Source: Planctomycetota bacterium (GTDB taxonomy: Bacteria; Planctomycetota; B15-G4; JADJEK01). Taken from it: a stretch of DNA of 64,000 bases. The stretch is taken from the NCBI GenBank assembly GCA_044225365.1, contig JBGAIQ010000025.1, positions 16,937 to 80,936 on the forward strand, written 5' to 3'. The notes below the pieces were generated by a model, which searched no databases, was not told the origin of the DNA, and saw only the letters and a program-made list of their open reading frames with translations. Each line of letters begins with the position of its first letter. Position 1 is the stretch's first letter. The position numbers and the translations under genes are program-made. This document shows positions 38,164-48,220 of the stretch, piece after piece.

Positions 38164-38340
38164 CTGCGAACACCGGAAACCGATGCTCGTAGCCAGACTC
38201 ACCTACAAGACCCAGACCTGCCCAACGCCGTGGTCTGGCCGGGACACCCGGCCTATCCACTTTCCAGGTCCTGTCGACGAGCACCTGCGAATCTGTGCGT
38301 TCCGCAGGCAGCAAAAAGACGCAGCGCGCGCCGCGCAGGT
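38164..38340 (-). ncRNA. Candidate structured ncRNA (rod-like; family unidentified)
   Basis: Five nested helices whose G-U pairs work only on the minus strand; lies directly 5' of a minus-strand terminator with no credible minus-strand CDS. Confidence 0.5.
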
Positions 38341-38430
38341 TCCGTGGAAGTGGGAGGTTTGCCGCGGCACTCGCCGCCGCCGCGCGTCGAGCCGACGCGT
38401 TTCATCGCGCAAGCGATCGTAACTCCTCGC

Positions 38431-38459
38431 TTGACGGCGATCTGGAACGAGCGAACAAT
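38431..38459 (+). promoter_or_regulatory. Sigma70-type promoter, leaderless geometry
   Basis: TTGACG-17 nt-AACAAT, 6 nt before ATG 38466. Confidence 0.55.
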
Positions 38460-38465
38460 CGAGGC

Positions 38466-39677
38466 ATGCGGCCAAACCTCCACGCAATCTTCACGCTGCC
38501 GCTGCTGATTTCTTTTCTCGGACTCGGCGCCTTCGCGCGCATCGAGCCGCCGAGACCGACCGCGCCCGGCCAGGAAGGAAAGTTGTGCTCGCGGTGCAAG
38601 ACGACGGGCCGCATCGCGAATCCGTTCCTCGACGAGCGCTGGAAGAAACTCGAGGACGGGTGTCTGCATTGCTCGGAGCGGCTCGATCGCGATCCGTCGG
38701 GACACGGATTCGAATGGATCCCGTGCAAGGGTTGTCAGGCCGTCGAACTCAACAAACAGGCCATCGCGGAGTTCACGAAGAATTCGAAGGTCGAGATCGA
38801 CTGGCTCGCCGACCGCCGGAAGATCGATCAGACGCTGAAGCCCCACACCAAGTTCGTGCACGTCGAGACGCCGCACTTCCAAGTGATCTTCGGCGTCACG
38901 GGGATCGTGCTCGAGGATCGCACGGTTCTCGATCAGCACGCAGCCGCGCATCTCTACGCGCGACGACTCGAGGACATCTACTCCTGGTTCCAGAAGCTCA
39001 TCGCGACCTCCGACAAGGAAGCGAAGGTGCTGAAGCACCAGATCTTCCTCCTCGACGACGAGCGCACCGACAAGGAAGCGGCCCAGCAGTACGCGAGCCT
39101 CGCGACCGATCGAGCGGCGCGCGTCGTCGGCGATCCGTCGATCCTCGTGACGTGGCGCAACAAGGCGAACTTCAAGACTGACGCCGCGTTCCATGAGCAC
39201 GTCGCGCACCACGTGATCCACAACCTCTGCGGGGTCTTCCACCTCAAGGCGTGGCTCGCGGACGACGCCGGATGGCTCGAAGAAGGACTCGCCCACGTCG
39301 CCGAGATGGAACTCTTCAACAAGGCCGGCAACACCTGCAACGTCGAGGGCACGGGCGGCGACATGTCGGACTCCGACTGGCAACCGGTCGTCCGCAAGAT
39401 GGTGACCGTGGGCGGCCTCGAATCCTTCGCGGAGCTGATGAACAAGAAGGCGTTCATGCTGACCGACCCCGAGCACTACCTCGCGTGGTCCTACACCGAC
39501 TTCCTGTTGAAGAAGAAGCCGAACGGCCTGCGCCTACTCCTCATCGCCCTGAAGGAGAAGAAGCCGCAACGCGACGCCCTCAAGGACGTGTTCGGGCTGT
39601 CGACCGCGGGGATCGACGAGGAATGGCAGAAGTACGTCCTCGCGAACTATCGCCAGAAGCCGCTCGTGGAGAAGTGA
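38466..39677 (+). CDS. Secreted protein with three CxxC motifs and a peptidase-MA-like domain
   Basis: Signal peptide; CSRC, CLHC, CKGC; 'HVAHHVIH...WLEEGLA' gluzincin-like pattern. Confidence 0.6.
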   Translation: MRPNLHAIFTLPLLISFLGLGAFARIEPPRPTAPGQEGKLCSRCKTTGRIANPFLDERWKKLEDGCLHCSERLDRDPSGHGFEWIPCKGCQAVELNKQAIAEFTKNSKVEIDWLADRRKIDQTLKPHTKFVHVETPHFQVIFGVTGIVLEDRTVLDQHAAAHLYARRLEDIYSWFQKLIATSDKEAKVLKHQIFLLDDERTDKEAAQQYASLATDRAARVVGDPSILVTWRNKANFKTDAAFHEHVAHHVIHNLCGVFHLKAWLADDAGWLEEGLAHVAEMELFNKAGNTCNVEGTGGDMSDSDWQPVVRKMVTVGGLESFAELMNKKAFMLTDPEHYLAWSYTDFLLKKKPNGLRLLLIALKEKKPQRDALKDVFGLSTAGIDEEWQKYVLANYRQKPLVEK

Positions 39678-39688
39678 CCCGACTCTTC

Positions 39689-40025
39689 GGACCGCCACGC
39701 TCCAGCGTGGCATGGTTCTTCTCCATCCATGCCGGCCATGCCGGGCAGAGCCCGGCGGTCCGCATCCCCATCTTCGGACCGCCACGCTCCATTGTGGCAT
39801 GGTTCTTCCCGATCCATGCCGGTCCACATCCCCATCTTCGGAGCCACGCCCGGCGGTCCGATCCATGCCGGATCCCCATCTTCGGACCGCCACGCTCCAG
39901 CGTGGCATGGTTCTTCCCGATCCATGCCGGGAAGAGCCCGGCGGTCCGCATCCCCATCTTCGGACCGCCACGCTCCAGCGTGGCATGGTTCTTCCCGATC
40001 CATGCCGGGAAGAGCCCGGCGGTCC
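39689..40025. repeat. BIME-like cluster: 4 direct REP (GGACCGCCACGCTCCAGCGTGGCAT) alternating with inverted variant REPs
   Basis: Direct copies at 39689, 39776, 39884 and 39962; inverted GCCGGG(C/A)AGAGCCCGGCGGTCC at about 39740, 39926 and 40004. Confidence 0.88.
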
Positions 40026-40150
40026 CGGCGCTACCCATGTTCGCCGAGTTTGCCGAATCGGCACAGTTCTCCATCCCGAACCGCCCTACACCCTGCGAGG
40101 AACGGTAATTGCGGACCGCGCGCGTTCCCCTCGCAGCGGCAGGAATCCCC

Positions 40151-43100
40151 ATGGCAAACCGCTCTCGACCCACCGTCCTCGCCAGCCTCGCCGTGATCGC
40201 GATCGTGGCCCTCGCGCTCTGCCTCCGCCAGGATCGATCGACGCCTCGACCCGACGAGTTGCGCACCGCACCCGCCGCGACCCCGGCGACTCCCAACGAA
40301 CCGGCGAACGCCGCGCCCGAGATCCCGGTCTCCGATCGTGAATCCGTGCCGGGAGTGGATGCGGGGACCGAGCGGCTCCAGGGTCGAGTCGTCGCGACCT
40401 CGTCGGAGCATCCGATCGGGAGGATCCAGTTGACCCTCGAACGGGAGGTGCCCGCTTTCGTGACGATCGAGATGATCGCCGGCAACGCGCAGAATGCGCG
40501 AGCCACGGACGCCCCTTCGGTGACGAGCAACGACTGCGCCGCGGACGGAACGTTCGAGATCCGCGGCCAACGACTCGTCGGTTATCTCGCCGTGGTCGAC
40601 CCGATGTACTGCGTTCGTGACGCGATCTACGTCGACGCTCGGGAGAAGACGACGACGCGCGACGTGCGCGTCGACGCGGCGGGCGTCGTCCGTGGCGTCG
40701 TCCGCGATGCAACGGGCGCTCCCTCGAAGGCCGCGAAGATCCAGATCAAGCCGAAGGTCGGACTCGACGCGGCATTCAATCGCGAGGCGAAGCGCAAGGG
40801 CCGCGAAGCCGTGACGGACGAGTCGGGCAAGTTCGAGATCCCGCATGTCCCCGCAGGGATCGAGTTCGATCTCTCCATCACCGCCGCCGGGAGTTTGAAG
40901 CAATGGCGCTCCGTGAAGACGGAGGCCGGCAAGTTCCTCGATGTCGAGGTCTCGTTGATGCCCGGCGTCGACGTCACGGGCCGCGTGCGCACCGAATCTG
41001 GGCCGCCGGTCGCGGGCGCGCACGTGCGTCTGCGTGAGGCCTCGATGCGCGTCGATTCCTCGGCCCCGCAGCGCTTCGACGCGGGGGACATGGAATGCTC
41101 GTCCGACGCCGACGGACACTTCGCTCTCCACGGCGTGCCGCTCGGCAAGTACTTCGTCGAAGCCTCTCACGCGGACTTCGTTCGCGTGACGCAGCGCAAC
41201 ATCGTGGTGCCCGCGGGCGGACTCGCGATTGGCGAAGACCTCGTGATGAAGAACGGCGAGAGGATCACCGGAGTCGTCGTCGACGCGAAGGGTGAACCGG
41301 TTCCGAAAGCCGACCTTGGACTTCGCAAACCGGTGTCGTTCTTCGCGGGCGGCATGGGATTGTCGCCGGAATCGGCGGAGGATCTCGGCGGCAGGAAGTT
41401 CCAGGCGGACGATGCGGGACGCTTCTCCTCGCCGCCGCTCGCTGCGGGCGAGTACGACATCGTGGCCGGAAGGACAGGATACGTCCAGGGCGTCGCGAAG
41501 GGCGTGAAGACCGGCTCGGTCGACGTGAAGCTCGTGCTGCAGAAGCGCGGCGCGGTCGAGGGAACCGTGATCTCGCTCGAGACGTCGGAGCCCGTCGAGG
41601 AATTCCACGTCGCCGCGCTGCGCCCCTTCGAGATGTCGAAGATCATGGACATGCAGACGTGGGAGCCGGTCCGCCATGTCGTGACGGTCTCGAAGAAGGG
41701 TCGCTACCGCATCGAGGATCTCGCAGCCGGCGAGTACACCGTCGCGGTCACGGCCGCGGGCCTCGCGCGCGGCGAAGTCGAGCACGTGATCGTGAAGGAG
41801 GGCGAGACGACTCACGCGGTGAACTTCTTCATGAAGAAAGAGAGCGTGATCCGCGGTCACGTCGTCGACAAGGCGACGCACAATCCGATCGAGGGCGCGC
41901 GTGTCTCGACGCGACAGGGCATGGATGCGCTGCAGCAGGATCCACTCTCCGTCGAGTCCGAAGGCGAAACCGACGGCGCCGGCGCGTTCGAACTGCGAGG
42001 ATTGAGGCCCGGTCGCTTCACGCTCACCGCGTCGAAGCACGGCCGCGCGCCGGGATCGGCGGGTCCGTTCCATCTCGGCGACGGGGATTCGCTCGACGGC
42101 ATCACGATCGAGACGACGCTCGGCGGGACGATCCGCGGCAAGGTCACGGACCAGCACGAGCAGCCGGAGACGGGACTGATGATCAGCGCGACGAAGCTCG
42201 GAGGCATCGTTCCCGGAATCACGACCACGGACGGCGACGGCAACTACGAACTCTTGGGACTCGCCGCGGGCCAGTACACCGTCACGCGGTTGTCCGCCCT
42301 CGCACTCGGATCCGAGAACATGACCGAGGACATGCTGAAGGGAATGCAGACGAAGTCGGTCCGTGTCGTCGACGGTGAGGAAGTCGTCGTCGATTTCAAG
42401 GCGGTCACGCAAGGCACGGTGACGCTCGAAGGGAAGGTGACGCGGAAGGGCAAGCCGGCGGCCGGCATCCTGCTCAGCTTCGCGGCGGTGGATGCGAAAC
42501 CCGCGCCGGAGCTCGCGAGCAAGAACGGCGTCACCGATTCCACGCCGCTGCGCATCGTGACGACCGATCAGGACGGGGCGTACAAGATGGAATCACTCAC
42601 GCCCGGCGACTGGTCGGTCACGGTGCAATCGGTAGCGAATCTCTCGGACAACATGCGCCAGACGTTCGACTTCACGTTGAACGAAGCGCCAACCCAGCAC
42701 GAGGACTTCGATCTCTCCGGAACGGGGATCGAAGGCACCGTGCGCAGGAAGGCGGACGCGAATCCGATTTCCGGCGCGCGCGTGTCGATCGACGCAATCG
42801 ACGAATCGGTGAAGATCGACCTCTACTCGCGGCGCGTCGGCAGCCGGAGGGTCGGCGAACTCTTCTGTGATCAGGAAGGGCACTATCGACTCTCGGGCCT
42901 CGGCCCCGGGAAGTATCGCGTTTCCGCGGGCGGCCTCACCATGCTCAACCTCGGCACGTCGAACTACGCGCGCTCGGAGCCGCGCGAGGTCCTGGTCACC
43001 GACGGGCAGATGACGGGTGACATCGATTTCGTGCTGGTCCCCGGCGGCGGCGTGACGGGGAAGGTGACCGCAAACGGCGCGGCCGTTCCCGGCGCATCGA

Positions 43101-43588
43101 TGTTCTTCCTGCGCGATGGAGATCCGGTCGATCGCATCGATCCCTTCTCGTCGACGATCACGGACGACACGGGCAACTACAAGGCGGATGGTCTCGCCGA
43201 AGGCTCCTTCACCGTCATCGCCAAGGCCGCGGGCTACGCCCCGACGTGGAAGCGCAACATCGGCGTCCATGTCGGCGATCCCACGACGCTCGATCTCGCG
43301 CTCGTCGTCGGCGGCGAATTCCGGTTGCGCGTGGTCGACACCGCAGGGCAGGACGTGACGGGAAGCTGCAGTCTCGCCGTGATCTCGAGCGACGGTCTCG
43401 ACATCAGCCGTCTCGTCACGCTCTACGAACTGATCGACACCGCCTTCACTCCCGGCAACGGTCGTTCGCTCGGTTCTCTCGCACCCGGCGCCTACACCGT
43501 GACCGCCCGGAAAGGCGACCTCAAGGCCACATTGCAGGTGACGCACGGGAGCACCGCGCAGTCCGTCGACGTCGTCCTCTCACCCTAG
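40151..43588 (+). CDS. Large carboxypeptidase-regulatory-like repeat protein (~1145 aa)
   Basis: N-terminal TM helix; about ten 'G.V.D..G.PV.GA' / 'TD..G.F....L..G.Y' beta-sandwich repeats. Confidence 0.85.
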   Translation: MANRSRPTVLASLAVIAIVALALCLRQDRSTPRPDELRTAPAATPATPNEPANAAPEIPVSDRESVPGVDAGTERLQGRVVATSSEHPIGRIQLTLEREVPAFVTIEMIAGNAQNARATDAPSVTSNDCAADGTFEIRGQRLVGYLAVVDPMYCVRDAIYVDAREKTTTRDVRVDAAGVVRGVVRDATGAPSKAAKIQIKPKVGLDAAFNREAKRKGREAVTDESGKFEIPHVPAGIEFDLSITAAGSLKQWRSVKTEAGKFLDVEVSLMPGVDVTGRVRTESGPPVAGAHVRLREASMRVDSSAPQRFDAGDMECSSDADGHFALHGVPLGKYFVEASHADFVRVTQRNIVVPAGGLAIGEDLVMKNGERITGVVVDAKGEPVPKADLGLRKPVSFFAGGMGLSPESAEDLGGRKFQADDAGRFSSPPLAAGEYDIVAGRTGYVQGVAKGVKTGSVDVKLVLQKRGAVEGTVISLETSEPVEEFHVAALRPFEMSKIMDMQTWEPVRHVVTVSKKGRYRIEDLAAGEYTVAVTAAGLARGEVEHVIVKEGETTHAVNFFMKKESVIRGHVVDKATHNPIEGARVSTRQGMDALQQDPLSVESEGETDGAGAFELRGLRPGRFTLTASKHGRAPGSAGPFHLGDGDSLDGITIETTLGGTIRGKVTDQHEQPETGLMISATKLGGIVPGITTTDGDGNYELLGLAAGQYTVTRLSALALGSENMTEDMLKGMQTKSVRVVDGEEVVVDFKAVTQGTVTLEGKVTRKGKPAAGILLSFAAVDAKPAPELASKNGVTDSTPLRIVTTDQDGAYKMESLTPGDWSVTVQSVANLSDNMRQTFDFTLNEAPTQHEDFDLSGTGIEGTVRRKADANPISGARVSIDAIDESVKIDLYSRRVGSRRVGELFCDQEGHYRLSGLGPGKYRVSAGGLTMLNLGTSNYARSEPREVLVTDGQMTGDIDFVLVPGGGVTGKVTANGAAVPGASMFFLRDGDPVDRIDPFSSTITDDTGNYKADGLAEGSFTVIAKAAGYAPTWKRNIGVHVGDPTTLDLALVVGGEFRLRVVDTAGQDVTGSCSLAVISSDGLDISRLVTLYELIDTAFTPGNGRSLGSLAPGAYTVTARKGDLKATLQVTHGSTAQSVDVVLSP

Positions 43589-43604
43589 CCGGACCGCCTC
43601 TTTC

Positions 43605-43703
43605 GAACCGCCGCGCTCCAGCGCGGCATCCTTCTCCGGGTGGACCGCCGCGCTCCAGCGCGGCATCCTTCTCCGGGTGGACCGCCGCGCTCCAGCGCGG
43701 CAT
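43605..43703. repeat. Three tandem 37-bp REP units (GGACC-GCCGCGCT-cc-AGCGCGGC-AT)
   Basis: Copies at 43605, 43642 and 43679, between convergent genes. Confidence 0.85.
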
Positions 43704-43714
43704 CCCCTCGCCCG

Positions 43715-45343
43715 TTACGGATCCCTTGCGCAGCGAAACCCGATCGAGTTGTACCAACTCCCCGCCTCCGTCCCCTGGCGCACGGCCGACAGCAGCGCGA
43801 CCTTGTTGCTGTCGAACTGCCCGCCGCGGATCACGAGCTGCTTGCTCGACAGGATCGGGTCGGCGGAGAACGTTTTCATCCCCGTCTTCGTCTTCACCTC
43901 GATCGACGTGCGCTTGCTGTCGTAGGCTTCCATCCGCGAGCTCGTCCATTCCCACACGTTCCCACACAGATCGAGCACACCGAACGGACTCGCTCCCTCC
44001 GGGAACGAACCGACGTCCGCAACCACTCGACTCCCCACGGTCGCGCCGCAGTTCGCCCGCGCGCCGCCGCTCTTGCCATCGAAGTCGAACGTCGCCCCCC
44101 ACGGATAGGCTCGCCCGTCACCACCGCGCGCCGCGTATTCCCACTCGATCTCCGTCGGCAGTCGTTTTCCGTAGTACGCGGCGAACTTCTCGCATTCGCC
44201 GTTCGAGACGAACACGATCGGCTTGTTCTCGTGGCCACGAGGGATCTTGCCGTCCGCCCAATAGTTCGCACGGAGTTGCTCCGAGGGCTCCTGCTGCGTC
44301 GCGTCGAGATACCCCTTCCACTGCGCGTTCGTCACCTCGCACTTGTCGAGGTAGAAGGCGGCGACATCGAGCGTGCGCGCGGGAGTGCTCGCCGCGAGTT
44401 GGGTCAGGAAGTTCGCGTTCTCGAGCGCGAGCGCCTCGATCTCCTTCACTCGCAGCCCGATCCTCGCCTTTCCCGCCGGGATGAAGCACATGCCCTCGGT
44501 CGAACCCTTTCCTTGGAGGGAAGACTTCACACGCGGCGAAGGATTCACGGCGATGGGAGTCGCTACCGTCGCGACGGGTACCGCCACCCTCGAAACCTGC
44601 GGCGCGGTCGGAACGTCGAGCGCGATCGAATGCACCTCGGGCGAGTTCCGTGGCGGCGTCGATGCAGCCTTCGAGTCCTTCACCCGTTCGCTGGAGACGG
44701 CGAACAAAGCGACTCCCACCGATGCGAACGTCGCGACGGAGAGCGTCCCGCCCCACTTCACGAACCCGCTCGTCACCGCTCGCATCGTCGCTCCACCGAA
44801 TCGCTCGAGCGCGAGGAAGAGACTGAACTGCGAACCGAAATCGCGTTCGAGCCGCGCCCGCAATCGCGCGTGCGCACGCGAGAGCTGCGCTCTCACGGTG
44901 CTCGGGTTCTCGCAGCGCGTCGCCGCGATCGCTCCCGGATCGAGACCCTCGTAGTACCTCAGCAGAAGAACGCTTCGGTAGGGCTCTTCGAGTGCCATAA
45001 CAGCCGCGACGACGCGCTGCGCCGTTTCCACTCGGTCGAAGGTGTCGGCGGGACTGCCGTCGCGCACGATCTCCGCGTCCGCCGCGGACCGCTCGCGCGC
45101 GAGACGGCGCGCTTCGGCGCGCTGACGATTGCGTGCGAAATTGCGGGCGAGCGTGGCGAACCAGCCGCGTGAAGCTCCGTCCGACGACGCCTTCGCCGTT
45201 TCCGATTTCCAGGTCGCTATGGCGACTTCCTGCGCGACGTCGTCGACGGCACTGTCGTCACGCAAGAGCTGCTTCGCGATCGCGCGCACGAACTCCCGGT
45301 GCTGGATCAACGCTTCCGAGTGCAAGGTGACGGGCGGATGCAT
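43715..45343 (-). CDS. ECF sigma factor fused via a TM helix to an FGE-sulfatase (SUMF1) domain
   Basis: Sigma2 'DDVAQEV..W..GWFAT' and sigma4 'LEEPYRSVLLLRYYEGL..TVRAQLSRA'; then EVTNAQW, RLPTEIEWEYAARG, NVWEW, RGG and GFRC. Confidence 0.88.
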   Translation of the reverse strand: MHPPVTLHSEALIQHREFVRAIAKQLLRDDSAVDDVAQEVAIATWKSETAKASSDGASRGWFATLARNFARNRQRAEARRLARERSAADAEIVRDGSPADTFDRVETAQRVVAAVMALEEPYRSVLLLRYYEGLDPGAIAATRCENPSTVRAQLSRAHARLRARLERDFGSQFSLFLALERFGGATMRAVTSGFVKWGGTLSVATFASVGVALFAVSSERVKDSKAASTPPRNSPEVHSIALDVPTAPQVSRVAVPVATVATPIAVNPSPRVKSSLQGKGSTEGMCFIPAGKARIGLRVKEIEALALENANFLTQLAASTPARTLDVAAFYLDKCEVTNAQWKGYLDATQQEPSEQLRANYWADGKIPRGHENKPIVFVSNGECEKFAAYYGKRLPTEIEWEYAARGGDGRAYPWGATFDFDGKSGGARANCGATVGSRVVADVGSFPEGASPFGVLDLCGNVWEWTSSRMEAYDSKRTSIEVKTKTGMKTFSADPILSSKQLVIRGGQFDSNKVALLSAVRQGTEAGSWYNSIGFRCARDP

Positions 45344-45418
45344 GAGCGGTCTCCGGAGTCCCATTTGTATTGGAACACCGCAGGAGACCGTAGCGCTGCG
45401 AGAATTCGCCGTCGCGCC

Positions 45419-46852
45419 TCAGGGCGCCGCGGGCGGCTCATCCTTGAACACGTCATACCGCAGGAACCGGCAATCGGTCGGTCCGGTTCGCACCGGGATG
45501 CGGCGACTCGCCTTGAGGCCCATCAGCTTCGGCAATTCGGGATTCCCGCAGAGCACGAACGCCGTCTTGCCGCGGCACTTCGTGTGGAGGAACTTACCGA
45601 GCGCGCGCCACGATTCGAGCACGTCGCCGTCGGGATCGTCGACGCCGCCGTCGGGATCGGTCGTTTCCTCGACCTCGATCGCGGGTTCCGAGTCCTTGCC
45701 CGTGAGGCGCTGACCCCACGGCGGGTTGACGAACACCGTGCTGAAATCGATCGTGGGTTCGAACTCGCCGATCGGCTTCTGTTCGATCGTCACCCATTTC
45801 GACACGAGGGCCGCCTTCACCGCCTTCTGCGCGAGCGCGACCGCGCCGGCATGGCGATCGGACCCCGCGAAGCGGATCGCGAGGTCGGTGCGTTCACGAG
45901 CGCGGATCTCCGCCTTCATGCGCTCGTACTCCGGCCGATTGAAGTCCGGCCAGCGCTCGAACGCGAAGCGACGCATCATGCCGGGCGCGCGGCGGAGCGC
46001 GATCCAAGCGGCTTCGATGAGGAACGTTCCGCCGCCGCACATCGGATCGATCGCGCCCGTCGTCCAGTCCCAGCCCGACAGCAGGATGAGGCCGGCGGCC
46101 GTCGCTTCGTTCAGCGGCGACTTCACCTGGATCGGCCGATAGCCGCGCTTGTGCAGACTCTCGCCCGAGAGGTTGCGGTAGAGCGACGCGACGCCGGACT
46201 TCAGCATCACGTGGATCTCGAGATGCGGATTCTTGGTGTCGACGTCGGGGCGTCGCTTCACCTTGTCGCGGAAGTGGTCGACGATCGCGTCCTTCACCTT
46301 CAGCGCGACGAAGCCCGAGTGCTTCAGCGCGGAGTCGCGCACGGTCGCGTCGACGGCGAGCGTTTGCTCGACGGCCATGAACTCGCGCCAGTCGATGCGC
46401 CGCACGCCGTCGTAGAGCGTCTGCTCGTCCGTCACCTCGAACTCGGTGACGAGCTCCTGCACGCGCGTGGCGCAGCGCAATTCGAGATTCGCGCGCCACC
46501 CCATCTTGAGGTCGCCCTGGAACCGCACGCCACCGCGCTTGCCGACGACGTCCTCCGCACCGATCGCGCGCAGTTCCGCCGCGAGCACTTCCTCGAGACC
46601 GAGAGTGCACGTGGCGAAGTAGTCGTGGACCTTCTTGCGTCCCGACGGCTTCACGAACGGCGCTTCGCGCTCACGCGAGTCCTTTCGATCGCCGCCGCGA
46701 TAGCGCGTCGTCGAGTGCGGCCGATCCGGACGAATGGGACTGCCCGGACCGCGCGGTCCGGAAGATCCCCCCGGTCCGAACGGACGCGCAGGCCGGTCGG
46801 GGCGCTTTTGGAATGGGCGACGCGGCGGACGGTCTTGATCGTTTCCAGTCAT
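45419..46852 (-). CDS. rlmL: THUMP-domain 23S rRNA methyltransferase (RlmL-like)
   Basis: GLEEVLAAEL, LHKRGYR, SPLNEATAAG, DPMCGGGT and NPPWG motifs. Confidence 0.85.
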   Translation of the reverse strand: MTGNDQDRPPRRPFQKRPDRPARPFGPGGSSGPRGPGSPIRPDRPHSTTRYRGGDRKDSREREAPFVKPSGRKKVHDYFATCTLGLEEVLAAELRAIGAEDVVGKRGGVRFQGDLKMGWRANLELRCATRVQELVTEFEVTDEQTLYDGVRRIDWREFMAVEQTLAVDATVRDSALKHSGFVALKVKDAIVDHFRDKVKRRPDVDTKNPHLEIHVMLKSGVASLYRNLSGESLHKRGYRPIQVKSPLNEATAAGLILLSGWDWTTGAIDPMCGGGTFLIEAAWIALRRAPGMMRRFAFERWPDFNRPEYERMKAEIRARERTDLAIRFAGSDRHAGAVALAQKAVKAALVSKWVTIEQKPIGEFEPTIDFSTVFVNPPWGQRLTGKDSEPAIEVEETTDPDGGVDDPDGDVLESWRALGKFLHTKCRGKTAFVLCGNPELPKLMGLKASRRIPVRTGPTDCRFLRYDVFKDEPPAAP

Positions 46853-48132
46853 CGGCGTTGCAGCATCGAGACGACTTCGAGGTGTTCGGTCCGCGGGAAC
46901 AGATCGACGGGCCGGATCGCCTTCACGTCGAACGCGCGGGACAGCATGAGCAGGTCGCGAACCAGCGTCTCGGGGTTGCACGACACGTAGACCATGCGGC
47001 GGAACTTCAAATCGCAGAGGATGTCGATGAGCTCCTCGGTGAGCCCGCGGCGCGGCGGGTCGACGACGAGGGCGTCGAGGCCATCGGAATCGACGCGATG
47101 CAGACCGACGAACGCGTCGGCTTCGAGGAAGCGCACGCGCTCCGACAAACCATTCTCCTGCGCCGCGGCGACACCATCGCGCACCGCCGACGGGTTGCGC
47201 TCGATTGCGGACACGCGCGCTCCGGCCTTCGCGAGGCGTAGCGCGATCGGACCGAAGCCCGAGTAGAGATCGCAGACGTGCTGGTCGGTGATGTCACCGA
47301 GCTGGGCGAGGACTTCGGCGAAGAGCACCGTCGCTTGCGCCGTGTTCACCTGCACGAACGACGTGATCGATGTGCGGAACCGCAGGCCGTCCTGCTCTTC
47401 TTCGAGATAGGGCACGCCGAACAGTCGCTTCGTCTTGGGTCCGAGGATCACGTTCGTGCGCTCGGAGTTGACGTTCTCGACGACACCGACGAGGCCCTTC
47501 GGCTTGAATTCCTCGAACAACGCCTGCGCGAGTTTGTGGATGTGCGGCGCGCCGCCTCGGCGCGTGACGAGTCCGATCAGCGATTGCCCGGTGCCCGGCG
47601 CGACGCGAGCGAGCAGATGGCGTAGGAGCCCGACGCTCCGATACTCCTGATAGATCGGCACCTTCAGTTCGTTCGCGAGGGCGCGCGAGCGCGTGAGCAT
47701 CTGCGTGAGCAGCGGGTCTTGGATCGCACACACTTTCAGGTCGACGATGCTGTGCGAACCCTGACGGAAGAAGCCGCATGTGGCGCCGTTGTGCGAGGTG
47801 CCGAACGGAACCTTGAGCGCGGTGCGATAGAACAGCGGCTCGCCGGCGGAGAGCGTCGGCAGGAACCGCACGTCGCGCAGGCGCGGCTGCGCATGCACGT
47901 GCGATTCGAACGCCGACGTCTTCTTCTGCACTTCGACGTCGTAGGGCGTGTTCAGGAACTGGCAGCCCCCGCACGGCCCGAAGTGCGGACAGAACACAGC
48001 GAGTCGCGTATCGGGCCGGGCCTTCTCGATCGGCACCATTCCCGGCGCCGGAGCCGTCCGCTGAAGCGGATGCGGGCGGTTCTTCGACGTCCGGTTCTTC
48101 CGGCCATTTCGCTTGCGATCGGGTCCGGGCAT
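46849..48132 (-). CDS. rlmD: 23S rRNA (uracil-C5)-methyltransferase RlmD family
   Basis: CPHFGPCGGC Fe-S motif, SFVQVN, DLYSGFG, VDPPRRG, YVSCNPETL and DLFPRTEHLE. Confidence 0.9.
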   Translation of the reverse strand: MPGPDRKRNGRKNRTSKNRPHPLQRTAPAPGMVPIEKARPDTRLAVFCPHFGPCGGCQFLNTPYDVEVQKKTSAFESHVHAQPRLRDVRFLPTLSAGEPLFYRTALKVPFGTSHNGATCGFFRQGSHSIVDLKVCAIQDPLLTQMLTRSRALANELKVPIYQEYRSVGLLRHLLARVAPGTGQSLIGLVTRRGGAPHIHKLAQALFEEFKPKGLVGVVENVNSERTNVILGPKTKRLFGVPYLEEEQDGLRFRTSITSFVQVNTAQATVLFAEVLAQLGDITDQHVCDLYSGFGPIALRLAKAGARVSAIERNPSAVRDGVAAAQENGLSERVRFLEADAFVGLHRVDSDGLDALVVDPPRRGLTEELIDILCDLKFRRMVYVSCNPETLVRDLLMLSRAFDVKAIRPVDLFPRTEHLEVVSMLQRR

Positions 48133-48220
48133 GCCGAGTTTCCGTCCGAGTTGGAAACGGGACATCCTACGCGATCGAAGTCCGTTCGCGGGCGCAGATC
48201 CGGCCTCGTTCCGCGATCGT

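Noticed and set aside
38164-38340. SRP RNA, RNase P RNA, tmRNA or tRNA-Sec
   Set aside because: No GNRA helix-8 motif, no GAGGAAAGUCC, no tRNA-like ends and no UCA anticodon arm on either strand.
39689-40025. Short CRISPR array or repeat-encoded small proteins
   Set aside because: Linkers are near-identical inverted REPs. The ORFs in all frames simply reflect stop-free GC-rich repeats.
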